From positions 2,460,569 to 2,524,568 of the forward strand of contig OY970278.1 in the NCBI GenBank assembly GCA_963715815.1: 64,000 nt of DNA. The letters are read 5' to 3'. The position numbers and the translations under genes are program-made. This document shows, piece after piece, positions 16,847 through 25,287 of this stretch; positions within the stretch are counted from its first letter, which is position 1, and the number at the start of each line of letters is the position of its first letter. The stretch is from Vulcanimicrobiota bacterium (lineage in GTDB: Bacteria > Vulcanimicrobiota > Vulcanimicrobiia > Vulcanimicrobiales > Vulcanimicrobiaceae). The notes under the pieces are model-generated. The model worked only from the letters and a program-made list of their open reading frames with translations, was not told the DNA's origin and did not search any database.

Positions 16847-17617
16847 TTAGACGGCCATCCTTGTGTGGTCGTCGGCTACGCTAATCTTTCCGCTGAAGAC
16901 GCTGCGCGCGTGCAGGATTAATTCTTCCTGCGAGGTCTCGGCGGGATAGTGGCTGAGCATCAGATGATCGACACCCGCCTTCTTCGCCATTTCCGCGGCT
17001 TCGCGCGCTGAAGAATGCCCGCGCATTCCGTGCTCGACTTCATTTGCCGTCAGCGTCGCCTCGCAGATGAACAGATTGCTGTCGCTAGCGTGCCGCGCGA
17101 CGCCATCGTCGGGCGCCGTGTCGGCCGAGTAGGTTACGACCGTACCATTGCACTCATAGCGCAGGGCAAAGGTCGGGATGTAGTGGCGCGTCGGGACGAA
17201 GCTGACTTTCGCTTCGTCGAGCTGGATCGATGCCTGCGGATCGTACGTCGCGATATCGAAGACTTTGAGAAAGTCGCCGGCGCCTTCATCCGCAAACGAG
17301 TTCGAGAGCTCGCGCAGCTGCGCCTCACCGCCCGGCGGGAGCCACAGCTGCACCTTCGTGGCGCGCTTGCGCGGACCGTACAAAAGCGCATAGCGCAGCG
17401 GGATGACGTCGAAGAAGTGATCGGCGTGCATGTGGCTGATCACGATGTGATCGACCAAGTCGTAATCCAAGTGCTCGCGCATGTTGGCGAACGAGCCGGT
17501 GCCGAGATCGAAGACGACGCCGCTGTTACCGTTGAAAAAAAGATACGAACTGCACGCTCTCGATGGTCGCGGAATCGAGGAACTTGAGCCAAGGACCGTG
17601 AGAGAGATTCCGCTCAG
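16847..17617 (-). CDS. MBL-fold metallo-hydrolase, apparently starting at a non-canonical codon
   Basis: The track ORF (16847..17482) starts inside the fold at ...HIVISHMHADH. The same frame is open upstream and encodes (L)SGISLTVLGSSSSIPRPSRACSSYLFFNGNSGVVFDLGTGSFAN, the expected first strands. No in-frame ATG/GTG/TTG is available. CTG 17617..17615 overlaps the bcp TGA, and ATC 17608 is an alternative. Confidence 0.7.
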   Translation of the reverse strand: MSGISLTVLGSSSSIPRPSRACSSYLFFNGNSGVVFDLGTGSFANMREHLDYDLVDHIVISHMHADHFFDVIPLRYALLYGPRKRATKVQLWLPPGGEAQLRELSNSFADEGAGDFLKVFDIATYDPQASIQLDEAKVSFVPTRHYIPTFALRYECNGTVVTYSADTAPDDGVARHASDSNLFICEATLTANEVEHGMRGHSSAREAAEMAKKAGVDHLMLSHYPAETSQEELILHARSVFSGKISVADDHTRMAV

Positions 17618-18066
17618 TTTAGCGATGATAGCACCTCGGCCGCGTGACCCTCGACCGAGACCTTCGGCCAGACACGCACGACTTTGCCCTTTTCGACGAC
17701 AAACGTTGCGCGCTGTATCCCCATCGATTTCTTTCCGTACATATTCTTTTCAACGATGACGCCGAATGCATCGCAAATCTTCGAGTCGGTGTCCGCTATC
17801 AAATGAAACGGCAGACCGTACTTTTCTTTGAACTTCTTCTGCGATGCGATTCCGTCGCGGCTTACGCCGACGACCTCAGTTGCCTTCTTCTTGAACTTCG
17901 CGTACAAATCGCGAAATTGTTGCGACTCGTTGGTGCATCCGGGCGTGTCGGCTTTCGGATAGAAGTAGACGACGGTACGCGAATCCGCAAGCGAGCCGAG
18001 CGAAATGTCATCGCCGGCTTCGTTCTTAACGGAAACGTCGGGGATGCGATCGCCTGCGCTCAGCAC
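17614..18066 (-). CDS. bcp: Peroxiredoxin (Bcp type thiol peroxidase)
   Basis: 150 aa with VVYFYPKADTPGCTNE containing the peroxidatic Cys. Confidence 0.9.
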   Translation of the reverse strand: MLSAGDRIPDVSVKNEAGDDISLGSLADSRTVVYFYPKADTPGCTNESQQFRDLYAKFKKKATEVVGVSRDGIASQKKFKEKYGLPFHLIADTDSKICDAFGVIVEKNMYGKKSMGIQRATFVVEKGKVVRVWPKVSVEGHAAEVLSSLN

Positions 18067-18113
18067 GCGTATAGGCCCCGTCTAAAAAGCAGGTTAAGCA
18101 AGCAGGATTTCCT

Positions 18114-19844
18114 TTAACCTGTCGCTGCCGTTTCCATTTCGGCCGCGTCTTCAGGTTCAGTCTTGGGGGCCGGGGGTTTGGCCTTGAACTGCGAGAGCGG
18201 GACGAGGAAAAGGAGCCGGTCGAAAGGCTTCATCTGGCCGAAATCGTTGATGAGTACGAGGCCGCTCTCCCGCCAGACGCAGAGCGGAATGCAATCTTGA
18301 GCGGGCGGCGGCTGAGGAACTTCGCCTTGTTGTCGCTCACCGACGTTATATGTCTCGTCACCGTAGGCGATCCGGCCGCGCGTTCCCGGGAACCGGGAAA
18401 GTCCGGCAAATCCCGGTGCCGACAGTTCGGACGTCGAGAAGCTGTGATCGAGACTGAACTGATGCTCGACGAGCCTGGCAAACGTCTCGTCTTGAACGCG
18501 CATGATGACGGGAAGATCGGGATTGCGTGCGCGCGCGCCGAGCGCGACCTCGAGATTTGCCGTCTCGTTGCCGGTCAACGCGACGACTGATTGTGCTTCC
18601 ATCAAATTGCACATTTGCAAAACTTCTTCGCGTGTCGCATCGCCGGTGAGCAGCGTGAAGTCGCGGTTGCGAACGCGATCGACGATTGTCGTATCGGGAC
18701 TCGGATCGATGACGACGACTTTCTTGCGCAGCTCGACCAAGTAATCGATGACACGCGTTCCGACTTGACCCGTTCCGACGACGACGATGTGATCCTTGTG
18801 TTTGAGCAGGCGCAAGCCTTGCGTCGCGACGTACTGCGCACGGCTGAAACCTTCGGCCATGAACGCGATGAAGATACCGGTAAGGATCGTACCGACGATC
18901 ATCAAGCCGTTTGCCATCAGCATCGGAAGCGGTCCCTTGTCGATCGGCGAAATATCGCCGTATCCCGTGGTCGTCATGGTCGTGAGCACGAAGTAAATCG
19001 CCGTCACGGGGTCCTTGTGATAGACGAAATTGAAATACGTGCTGAATGCGACAAACAGGCACGTAGCGATGACGGCGACCATCTTGATGATCGGATCGAG
19101 CCTACGATAGAACGTTTTTAAGAGGTCTGGAATGCCGCTCAAGACTTCGCGCCAAGGCCGGCGTTCGATCACGACTTCGCGCTTTGGAACGAGTGCCTCG
19201 AGCGTTGCAACGTCGCCGAAAAGAACGACTTCGTCTTCAGGCCGCGGGATGATGCCTGGCACGAAGAAGTCCATGCCGTTGTAGCCGACGATGCGAATCT
19301 TGTGTTGGGATTCCAGCTCGGCAATCGTTTGCGTGGTGATGTCGCCGAAAACCGATGCGGGCCTTCGAGCAAAGGCAACAAGCGGACCGTCGAGATCAGG
19401 AAATTGCACAGCGTAAAAGACCGAACGATCGACGGCGCAGGCTGCAAACGTCGCGGCCGCATGGCCAGAGAGCGAAACGACCGAGCAATCCGGAAGATTC
19501 TGTGCGATCTTTCGGCCCAGCTGACGATTGAACTGACGCAGTACGACGCGAATCTTCGGGTTGATGTCGCGCGCTTTGAGCGCGACCTGCAGATTCAGGC
19601 GGTCGTCATCGGAGAGCGCCATGATCGACGCGGCATCATCGACGCCGGCGGCATGCAGACTGTCGAAGTCGTTCGGCGGGAAACCGAGGAACTCGGCGCC
19701 CAACTTCTCGACGTATGCAGCAATCTCAGGATCGTGATGCCACATGAGCGCAACACGATGACCAGCCGTAGCGCAAAGCTCTTCGGTGACCCGAAGTGCA
19801 AGTTTATCGCCACCCACGACCAAAATCAGGGGTTGCTGAACCAT
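18114..19844 (-). CDS. Potassium channel with N- and C-terminal RCK/TrkA-N domains
   Basis: Selectivity filter TTMTTTGYGDISP lies between two TM helices. Rossmann-like RCK starts are ILVVGGDKLALRV and IVVVGTGQVGTRV. ATG 19844 has gaagagg 8 nt upstream. The longest ORF would start at 19880. Confidence 0.85.
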   Translation of the reverse strand: MVQQPLILVVGGDKLALRVTEELCATAGHRVALMWHHDPEIAAYVEKLGAEFLGFPPNDFDSLHAAGVDDAASIMALSDDDRLNLQVALKARDINPKIRVVLRQFNRQLGRKIAQNLPDCSVVSLSGHAAATFAACAVDRSVFYAVQFPDLDGPLVAFARRPASVFGDITTQTIAELESQHKIRIVGYNGMDFFVPGIIPRPEDEVVLFGDVATLEALVPKREVVIERRPWREVLSGIPDLLKTFYRRLDPIIKMVAVIATCLFVAFSTYFNFVYHKDPVTAIYFVLTTMTTTGYGDISPIDKGPLPMLMANGLMIVGTILTGIFIAFMAEGFSRAQYVATQGLRLLKHKDHIVVVGTGQVGTRVIDYLVELRKKVVVIDPSPDTTIVDRVRNRDFTLLTGDATREEVLQMCNLMEAQSVVALTGNETANLEVALGARARNPDLPVIMRVQDETFARLVEHQFSLDHSFSTSELSAPGFAGLSRFPGTRGRIAYGDETYNVGERQQGEVPQPPPAQDCIPLCVWRESGLVLINDFGQMKPFDRLLFLVPLSQFKAKPPAPKTEPEDAAEMETAATG

Positions 19845-20433
19845 GGCTGACGCCTCTTCGTCGCCCGCTGCCGCGGGCACTTTTCAAAACGCGCACCCTT
19901 TGGCGCAGCGACTCTACGAGCGCGTCGCTAAGGGCAACGCCCCCATCATCGTCGTCGGCGACGGGCATGGTCGCAATTCGCGTGCGCTCGGGGAGGCGGG
20001 GCTCAACGTCGTCGCGATTCCCGATGAAGCCTCGTATACGCAACTCGCGTATCCCCCACGTCACTTTGCGGGTGCCCTGTCGACACACGCATATCTGCAC
20101 GGAACCGTATCGAAAATCAGGCTGGGCATCGCCGAGCTGGCTCGCGTTCTGCAGGCCGGTGCGCCGGCTCTTCTGACGTTCGGGTCGATTCAGGACGTGC
20201 GCTACGGTTTCGGCGACGCACTGGATGCGCAAACATTCGCGCCGGGCGATGGCCCCGAGCAAGGCGTCCCACACGCGTATTTCGATCGAGATGGAATCGT
20301 CGAACTGCTGCGACCGCTCGTTATCGTCTCAATGGACGAGGTGAACGTCGATGCGATCGTCGGCAAATGGGCTCATCTCGAGGAGGAGCCGCCCGGCAAG
20401 GTCCACTGGTTTGTCGAAGCAAGGAAGGCCTGA
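19843..20433 (+). CDS. Class I SAM-dependent methyltransferase-like protein (TehB-like)
   Basis: 196 aa. IIVVGDGHGRNSRAL resembles the G-x-G-x-G SAM loop of TehB-type enzymes. Confidence 0.6.
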   Translation: MADASSSPAAAGTFQNAHPLAQRLYERVAKGNAPIIVVGDGHGRNSRALGEAGLNVVAIPDEASYTQLAYPPRHFAGALSTHAYLHGTVSKIRLGIAELARVLQAGAPALLTFGSIQDVRYGFGDALDAQTFAPGDGPEQGVPHAYFDRDGIVELLRPLVIVSMDEVNVDAIVGKWAHLEEEPPGKVHWFVEARKA

Positions 20434-20465
20434 TCGCTGTCCCTCGATCCCTCGACTCCGCTTCG

Positions 20466-21269
20466 CTACGCTTGGGATGACAGTGAAATGAGGTCACTCA
20501 TCGGGCTCGATGCGTTCGCGTAGAGCCGCTTCTCCATCCGTCCGGCCAGAAACGCGGCGCGTCCGGCTTCGACGGCTAAGCGCATTGCGTGCGCCATGCG
20601 CACCGGATCCTTCGCCGCCGCTATACCGGTATTCATGAGCACCGCGTCCGCGCCAAGCTCCATCACTATAGCGGCATCACTCGCCGTTCCGACGCCGGCA
20701 TCGACAATTACCGGAACCTTTGCGCGTTCTTTTATGATGCGGATCGAGTACGGATTGCACACGCCAAGGCCGCTGCCGATCGGCGCCGCGAGCGGCATGA
20801 CGGCTGCGCAGCCGATAGCTTCGAGACGCTGGCACGCAATTGGATCGTCGACAATGTACGGCAAGACCGTGAAGCCGTCCCGAATGAGAGCCTCGGCAGC
20901 GGCGATCGTCTCGCGCGTATCGGGATAGAGCGTCTGCGCATCACCGATGACTTCGAGCTTAATCAGATCCGTCTGCAGCGCTTCGCGCGCGAGGTGCGCG
21001 GTTAGGATCGCTTCCTTCGCGTTGTAGCATCCCGCGGTGTTCGGAAGAATCTTATACCGGTCACGATCGAGATAATCTAACAGCGTCTTCCCGCTCGGAT
21101 CGTCGAGATGAATCCGGCGTATGGCAACCGTGACGAGCTCCGCGCCGCTGGCCGCATGCGCCTGCTGCATCACATCGAGCGACGGATACTTTCCGGTTCC
21201 GACGATCAGCCGCGAAGAAAACTCGTATTTGCCTATTCTCAAAACGTCGTCTTGCATGACTCTATCCAC
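20466..21269 (-). CDS. thiG: Thiazole synthase
   Basis: 267 aa. [11 protein letters not shown]...NTAGC...[12 protein letters not shown]...[13 protein letters not shown] is characteristic of ThiG. Confidence 0.95.
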   Translation of the reverse strand: MDRVMQDDVLRIGKYEFSSRLIVGTGKYPSLDVMQQAHAASGAELVTVAIRRIHLDDPSGKTLLDYLDRDRYKILPNTAGCYNAKEAILTAHLAREALQTDLIKLEVIGDAQTLYPDTRETIAAAEALIRDGFTVLPYIVDDPIACQRLEAIGCAAVMPLAAPIGSGLGVCNPYSIRIIKERAKVPVIVDAGVGTASDAAIVMELGADAVLMNTGIAAAKDPVRMAHAMRLAVEAGRAAFLAGRMEKRLYANASSPMSDLISLSSQA

Positions 21270-21465
21270 CAGCTACTGCGTTGATGATTTCGATTGCATC
21301 GCCGTCTACAGGATGATAATCCTGCAACCCTCCGCGTGGCACGACCGTGTCGTTGACGGCAACCGCGATGCCGAAGGTTGGGGATAGCCCGAATTCGTCC
21401 AAAATCTGCGCAAGTGTCAGGCCCTCGCTTACATTGCGCTCGTCGCCGTTGACGATCAGTTTCAT
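21262..21465 (-). CDS. thiS: Sulfur carrier protein ThiS
   Basis: Only the last 67 aa of track ORF 21262..21633 belong to this gene: [12 protein letters not shown]...[14 protein letters not shown], with the C-terminal GG. ATG 21465 lies 1 nt after the ETF-QO stop. Confidence 0.85.
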   Translation of the reverse strand: MKLIVNGDERNVSEGLTLAQILDEFGLSPTFGIAVAVNDTVVPRGGLQDYHPVDGDAIEIINAVAGG

Positions 21466-21466
21466 G

Positions 21467-23125
21467 CTACAGGCCCGTGTAGACCGGCCCCTCGCCGCCT
21501 TGCGGCGGCACCCAGGTGATGATCTGATACGGATCCATGATGTCGCAGGTCTTGCAGTGCACGCAATTCGAGAAGTTGATCTGCAGACGGCCCTCGACAT
21601 TGCCGTTGCTGGATGCGGTGAATTGCGGCTCATAGACCGCAGCCGGACAAAAATACTGGCACGGATTGCCGTACTCGTGCGTGCACTTCTGCGCGCAGAT
21701 ATTCGTGTCGGCCACGTGCAGATGGACTGGTTGATCCTCGTCGTGCATCGTTCCGGAGTTGAAGACGTCGGTCACTTTATCGAACGTGAGCACGTTGTCG
21801 GGGACGACGCGCGGCCGCACCGGCCGCGGATGTTCGCTAATCTTCTGCATTCGCGAATATCCGGGCTCGCCCGCTAGCCGGTCCCGAAACACAAAACCTT
21901 TGCCGCCGAACAACGTCCCGAGTCCGGCGTTCAGCATACCGAGAAAAAGACCACCTTCGAAGCCCTGATGGAAGTTGCGCGCAGCGTGCAGCTCTTTATA
22001 AGCCCACGAGTCTTCGAATGCACGCTGATAGGATGAGAGTGTCTGGGCATCGCTCTGGGCTTGCGCAAGCGCGGCGAAAGCGGCGTCCGCTGCAAGCATC
22101 CCGGATTTTACGGCAAGATGAATGCCTTTGAGCCGCATGCCGTTTAGAAAGCCGCCGGTGTCACCGATCAACATCAAACCGTCGGCATAGAGCTGCGGCA
22201 TCGCGTAGAGCCCGCCCTCGGGAATTGCTTTGGCGCCGTAACGTAAGAGCTTGGCACCCTCCAGCATTCGTTTGATTGCCGGATGCGTTTTGAAGCGCTG
22301 AAAGTTATTGTGCGGATCCGTTTGCGGATCGCGATAATCGAGCCCCGTCACGAAGCCGACGTCAAGGATGTCGTCTTTCATTCCGTAGACGAAACCGCCG
22401 CCGAACTCATCGCTCCCCAGTGGAAAGCCCATAGTGTGAATCACCATGCCGGCCGGAACGCTGCCCGGCTTGCATTGCCAAATCTCTTTGACGCCGGTCG
22501 CGTACACTTCGGGCTCGCGTCCCGACGCGAGATTCAGTTTCGGAATCGCCTGCTTGGCGAGCGTCCCGCGCGGGCCTTCGCCCAGAATCGTAATCTTTGC
22601 AAAAAGATCCGGCCCGGGTTCGTAGTTTGATTTTGGTTGACCGTTCTTGTCGACGCCCTTGTCGCCGACGCGCACGCCGATGACGCGCGAGCCGTCCCAC
22701 AACAACTCTTGTCCCGGGAACGAGGGAAAGACGTCGGCGCCGGCGGCTTCGGCCTGCTCGCCCATCCACTTCGTCAACTTTTGCAACGACGCTACATACT
22801 TGCCGCTATTGTTGAGCATCGGCGGCACTATCGGCGCTTTGATCTTGCCGGACGCCGTGAGAAACCATAATTCGTCGCTGGAGACTGCTGCTTCGACCGG
22901 CGCTTGCGTCCGCCAATCCACGAAGAGCTCATCGAACGAGCGCGGATCGAGGACGGCGCCCGAAATCCCGTGACTGCCGATCTCGCCGCCTTTCTCGATC
23001 ACCATAACGGAGATCTCACGGCCTTGCTCGACAGCCAGACGGCGCAATCGGATTGCACCAGCCAAACTCGCCGGGCCACCCCCTACGAAGAGTACGTCGA
23101 CTTCGAGACTATCGCGCTCAGGCAT
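21467..23125 (-). CDS. Electron-transfer flavoprotein:ubiquinone oxidoreductase (ETF-QO)
   Basis: 552 aa. FAD fold VLFVGGGPASLAGAIRL and a C-terminal 4Fe-4S segment (CPAAVYE...NCVHCKTCDI). Confidence 0.9.
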   Translation of the reverse strand: MPERDSLEVDVLFVGGGPASLAGAIRLRRLAVEQGREISVMVIEKGGEIGSHGISGAVLDPRSFDELFVDWRTQAPVEAAVSSDELWFLTASGKIKAPIVPPMLNNSGKYVASLQKLTKWMGEQAEAAGADVFPSFPGQELLWDGSRVIGVRVGDKGVDKNGQPKSNYEPGPDLFAKITILGEGPRGTLAKQAIPKLNLASGREPEVYATGVKEIWQCKPGSVPAGMVIHTMGFPLGSDEFGGGFVYGMKDDILDVGFVTGLDYRDPQTDPHNNFQRFKTHPAIKRMLEGAKLLRYGAKAIPEGGLYAMPQLYADGLMLIGDTGGFLNGMRLKGIHLAVKSGMLAADAAFAALAQAQSDAQTLSSYQRAFEDSWAYKELHAARNFHQGFEGGLFLGMLNAGLGTLFGGKGFVFRDRLAGEPGYSRMQKISEHPRPVRPRVVPDNVLTFDKVTDVFNSGTMHDEDQPVHLHVADTNICAQKCTHEYGNPCQYFCPAAVYEPQFTASSNGNVEGRLQINFSNCVHCKTCDIMDPYQIITWVPPQGGEGPVYTGL

Positions 23126-23933
23126 GCGGTCGCGCTTCCGCGAGCAGAGATTTCGCCCCCGCCAGGGCCGTGGTTACGGCAAGACGATGCATTGCAATAC
23201 GATCTTCCCACAAACGCCGGCGCGGCGTTTCTGCCGTGATATAGCGAGTCGTGGCGAAACGTAGGAGGTAGAGCGAGAGCGGCAATCCCGGAAACAGACG
23301 CATTTCCGCCCCAGCGTTCACCAATACACGCCCGCGCTCGAGCGTTCGCAGTCGATCCGCTCTATTCGGATCGCGTGGATAGCCAAGATCGAAGAGATGG
23401 TCCAGGGATTGTAAAGGGAAGCCGGCGAGCTCCAGAGCTTGCAAAATCGCTTCGCTAAGGGGAGCGCGTCCCTCGACGACCGGCTCGTAACAGTAGAAAC
23501 CCTCGGCTTCGAAATCTTCGTGCAAGTCCATCGCGACCGCGAAGCGGCGCTCGCGGTTTTCGGCCATAATCGCGCGCGACTCCGGCGTTGATGCTGTCTC
23601 GCTAAAGCTGCGATTCACGTCATTTCCTTCGGCGTTGACGCGCGTTCCGGCGCGATAGCCGCTTGGATTCGTGCACGGCCATATGCGATATGAAAATGCC
23701 GTGTCCAGCAGACCCGCCTCGACACACGAGAGCAGCGCCCAGGGGCCCGCGGGCTCGTCGCCGTGGACACCGGAGGTGAGGTGGACGATGGGCCTTTCGC
23801 GGGGCCCAAGCTCGACCAGCATCAAGCTGCGATCGCCGCTGTCGCAGGGGACCTCGCGGAACCAAAAACCCCGCCGGGTACTGGCCTTTTGCCAGGCTTC
23901 CCGCAGGGTCGCATATCCGGTGATTTGACTCAC
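23118..23933 (-). CDS. Zinc carboxypeptidase-like protein (M14 / succinylglutamate desuccinylase-aspartoacylase superfamily)
   Basis: 271 aa. LTSGVHGDEPAGPWALL is the Zn-binding H-x-x-E block. 8-nt overlap with the ETF-QO start. Confidence 0.7.
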   Translation of the reverse strand: MSQITGYATLREAWQKASTRRGFWFREVPCDSGDRSLMLVELGPRERPIVHLTSGVHGDEPAGPWALLSCVEAGLLDTAFSYRIWPCTNPSGYRAGTRVNAEGNDVNRSFSETASTPESRAIMAENRERRFAVAMDLHEDFEAEGFYCYEPVVEGRAPLSEAILQALELAGFPLQSLDHLFDLGYPRDPNRADRLRTLERGRVLVNAGAEMRLFPGLPLSLYLLRFATTRYITAETPRRRLWEDRIAMHRLAVTTALAGAKSLLAEARPHA

Positions 23934-24050
23934 GTTACCGGTTCCAATAAACGATTCGCCTCACAGGTTTCCTTCGCCACGCAGGGGACGGTCGTCAGCC
24001 GAACAACCAATCACTGTAAGCACCGGCGGTTTCTCGTCAGGGAGGTAGGA

Positions 24051-25136
24051 ATGTTTTTGGGCCGGGGTCACCGCGTATTTGGACGTCTACTGTCGGTAGC
24101 GTTAGCCGCGGCTTTCGTGTTGATGCAAGCCCCCCATGTTAGCCGTGCCGTCAGTGAAAAGACGGTCGTCCGGGTTTCCGGCGATGTCGGCTATCAAACG
24201 GGTGCCAACACACCCTTCATTCCGATCACGGGACAGCAAGCCGTCCCGGATAACTCGTATGTCGTTACACACGGGAGCGGCGTCGCCGACTTAGTGATGC
24301 CCGACTCGTCGGTCATTCGTATCGCGCAAGCCGCGACAATTCAAGTCGGTGAATTCCACGATCCGGGTACGGGAACGAATCAAATCACGATTCTCAACGG
24401 ATCGTTCCGCTTCAAGGTTCAGCATCCAGCCGGCGGCGTCTCGAACTACAAGTTCGTAACGCCGACCTCGCAGATTGCTGTCCGTGGTACAGAAGGCCTC
24501 GGCACCGTGAAGTCAGACGTCACGCAAGTTTCGACAACCGTCTCAACCACGCCGAACGACGTTCAAGTCGCAGCCGCAAAGATGCAGACATCCTACCTGC
24601 CGATGAACGGAAGCGCAAAAGATCTGAAGCTCTTCTTACGCGCGGATCCGAACGATGAAGAGCAACTCGCGAACATGTCGCCCGAACCGCGTCTCGTCTC
24701 GCAAGTGCAAGTCGTGTTCCAAGCCTTGGCGCAAGGCTTCACGGCAACGGTTACCGTTAACGGTGTCGTGGTCGGTCAGTTCGTCCTCTCCGGTGCCGCA
24801 CTCGGCGTCGGTGGTACGCTCTCGTCGACAGCAAGCGCAGCTGCAGGTGCAGGTTCGAGTGCAATCTCGGCCGGCACGTCGGCGGCAGCAGGCTCTGCAG
24901 CGGGAACCGCAGTCGTTACGGGTGCAGCAGCAGCCGCAGCAGCTGGCGGACTTGCGGCAGCCGCAAATCAACCGAACTCAGGCGTATCGGCCGCGCCGTC
25001 AGCAACGCCCGTACCGTCTCCGACGGCGAGCGTCGTGATCAGCATCGGTAATCATGATAGGAAACCGCAAGCGGCTCCGGCTCCGGCTCCGACACCACCG
25101 CCGATGCCGGTACCAGTGCCACCAGGACACAAGTAA
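24051..25136 (+). CDS. Secreted FecR-domain protein with Ala/Gly/Ser-rich and Pro-rich C-terminal tail
   Basis: ATG 24051 is preceded by ggaggtagga, followed by a signal/anchor segment LLSVALAAAFVLMQAP. A FecR-like block is present (GSGVADLVMPDSSVIRIAQAATIQV). The tail ends PAPAPTPPPMPVPVPPGHK. Confidence 0.7.
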   Translation: MFLGRGHRVFGRLLSVALAAAFVLMQAPHVSRAVSEKTVVRVSGDVGYQTGANTPFIPITGQQAVPDNSYVVTHGSGVADLVMPDSSVIRIAQAATIQVGEFHDPGTGTNQITILNGSFRFKVQHPAGGVSNYKFVTPTSQIAVRGTEGLGTVKSDVTQVSTTVSTTPNDVQVAAAKMQTSYLPMNGSAKDLKLFLRADPNDEEQLANMSPEPRLVSQVQVVFQALAQGFTATVTVNGVVVGQFVLSGAALGVGGTLSSTASAAAGAGSSAISAGTSAAAGSAAGTAVVTGAAAAAAAGGLAAAANQPNSGVSAAPSATPVPSPTASVVISIGNHDRKPQAAPAPAPTPPPMPVPVPPGHK

Positions 25137-25142
25137 CATAAT

Positions 25143-25182
25143 GGAAGCCCCTGAGCGATCAGGGGCTTCCTAATTTTTATTT
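25143..25182 (+). terminator. Rho-independent terminator after the FecR-domain gene
   Basis: Perfect 12-bp stem ggaagcccctga / tcaggggcttcc, loop gcga, followed by taatttttattt. Confidence 0.75.
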
Positions 25183-25258
25183 AACGGCGCTACGCCCCAG
25201 GCTCCGCGCCCCCCATGCTACGCATGGGGCTCCCAAACTGCAGGGCCCATCATCATTG
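25181..25258. repeat. Copy A of an ~80-nt intergenic element (second copy at 59299-59378)
   Basis: About three-quarters identical to copy B by hand alignment. Contains helix ggcgc...gcgcc and hairpin ccccatgc-tac-gcatgggg. Confidence 0.4.
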
Positions 25259-25287
25259 CGATAATGTCAACATCACCCGAGGGGGCC

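Noticed and set aside
20436-20490. Possible third copy of the 25181/59299 element at the thiG 3' end (gtcatcccaagcgtagcgaagcggagtcgagggatc on the reverse strand)
   Set aside because: It shares only short strings (gcgtagcg, cccag/cccaa) with the two aligned copies and lacks their hairpin and the ggcccatca block. It may be a different REP-like sequence, but I cannot support that from one copy.
21466-21633. N-terminal extension of the ThiS ORF (123-aa version)
   Set aside because: The extension overlaps the ETF-QO 3' end out of frame and is Arg/Ser/Cys-rich. ThiS proteins are ~66 aa, and MKLIVNG...GG from ATG 21465 fits.
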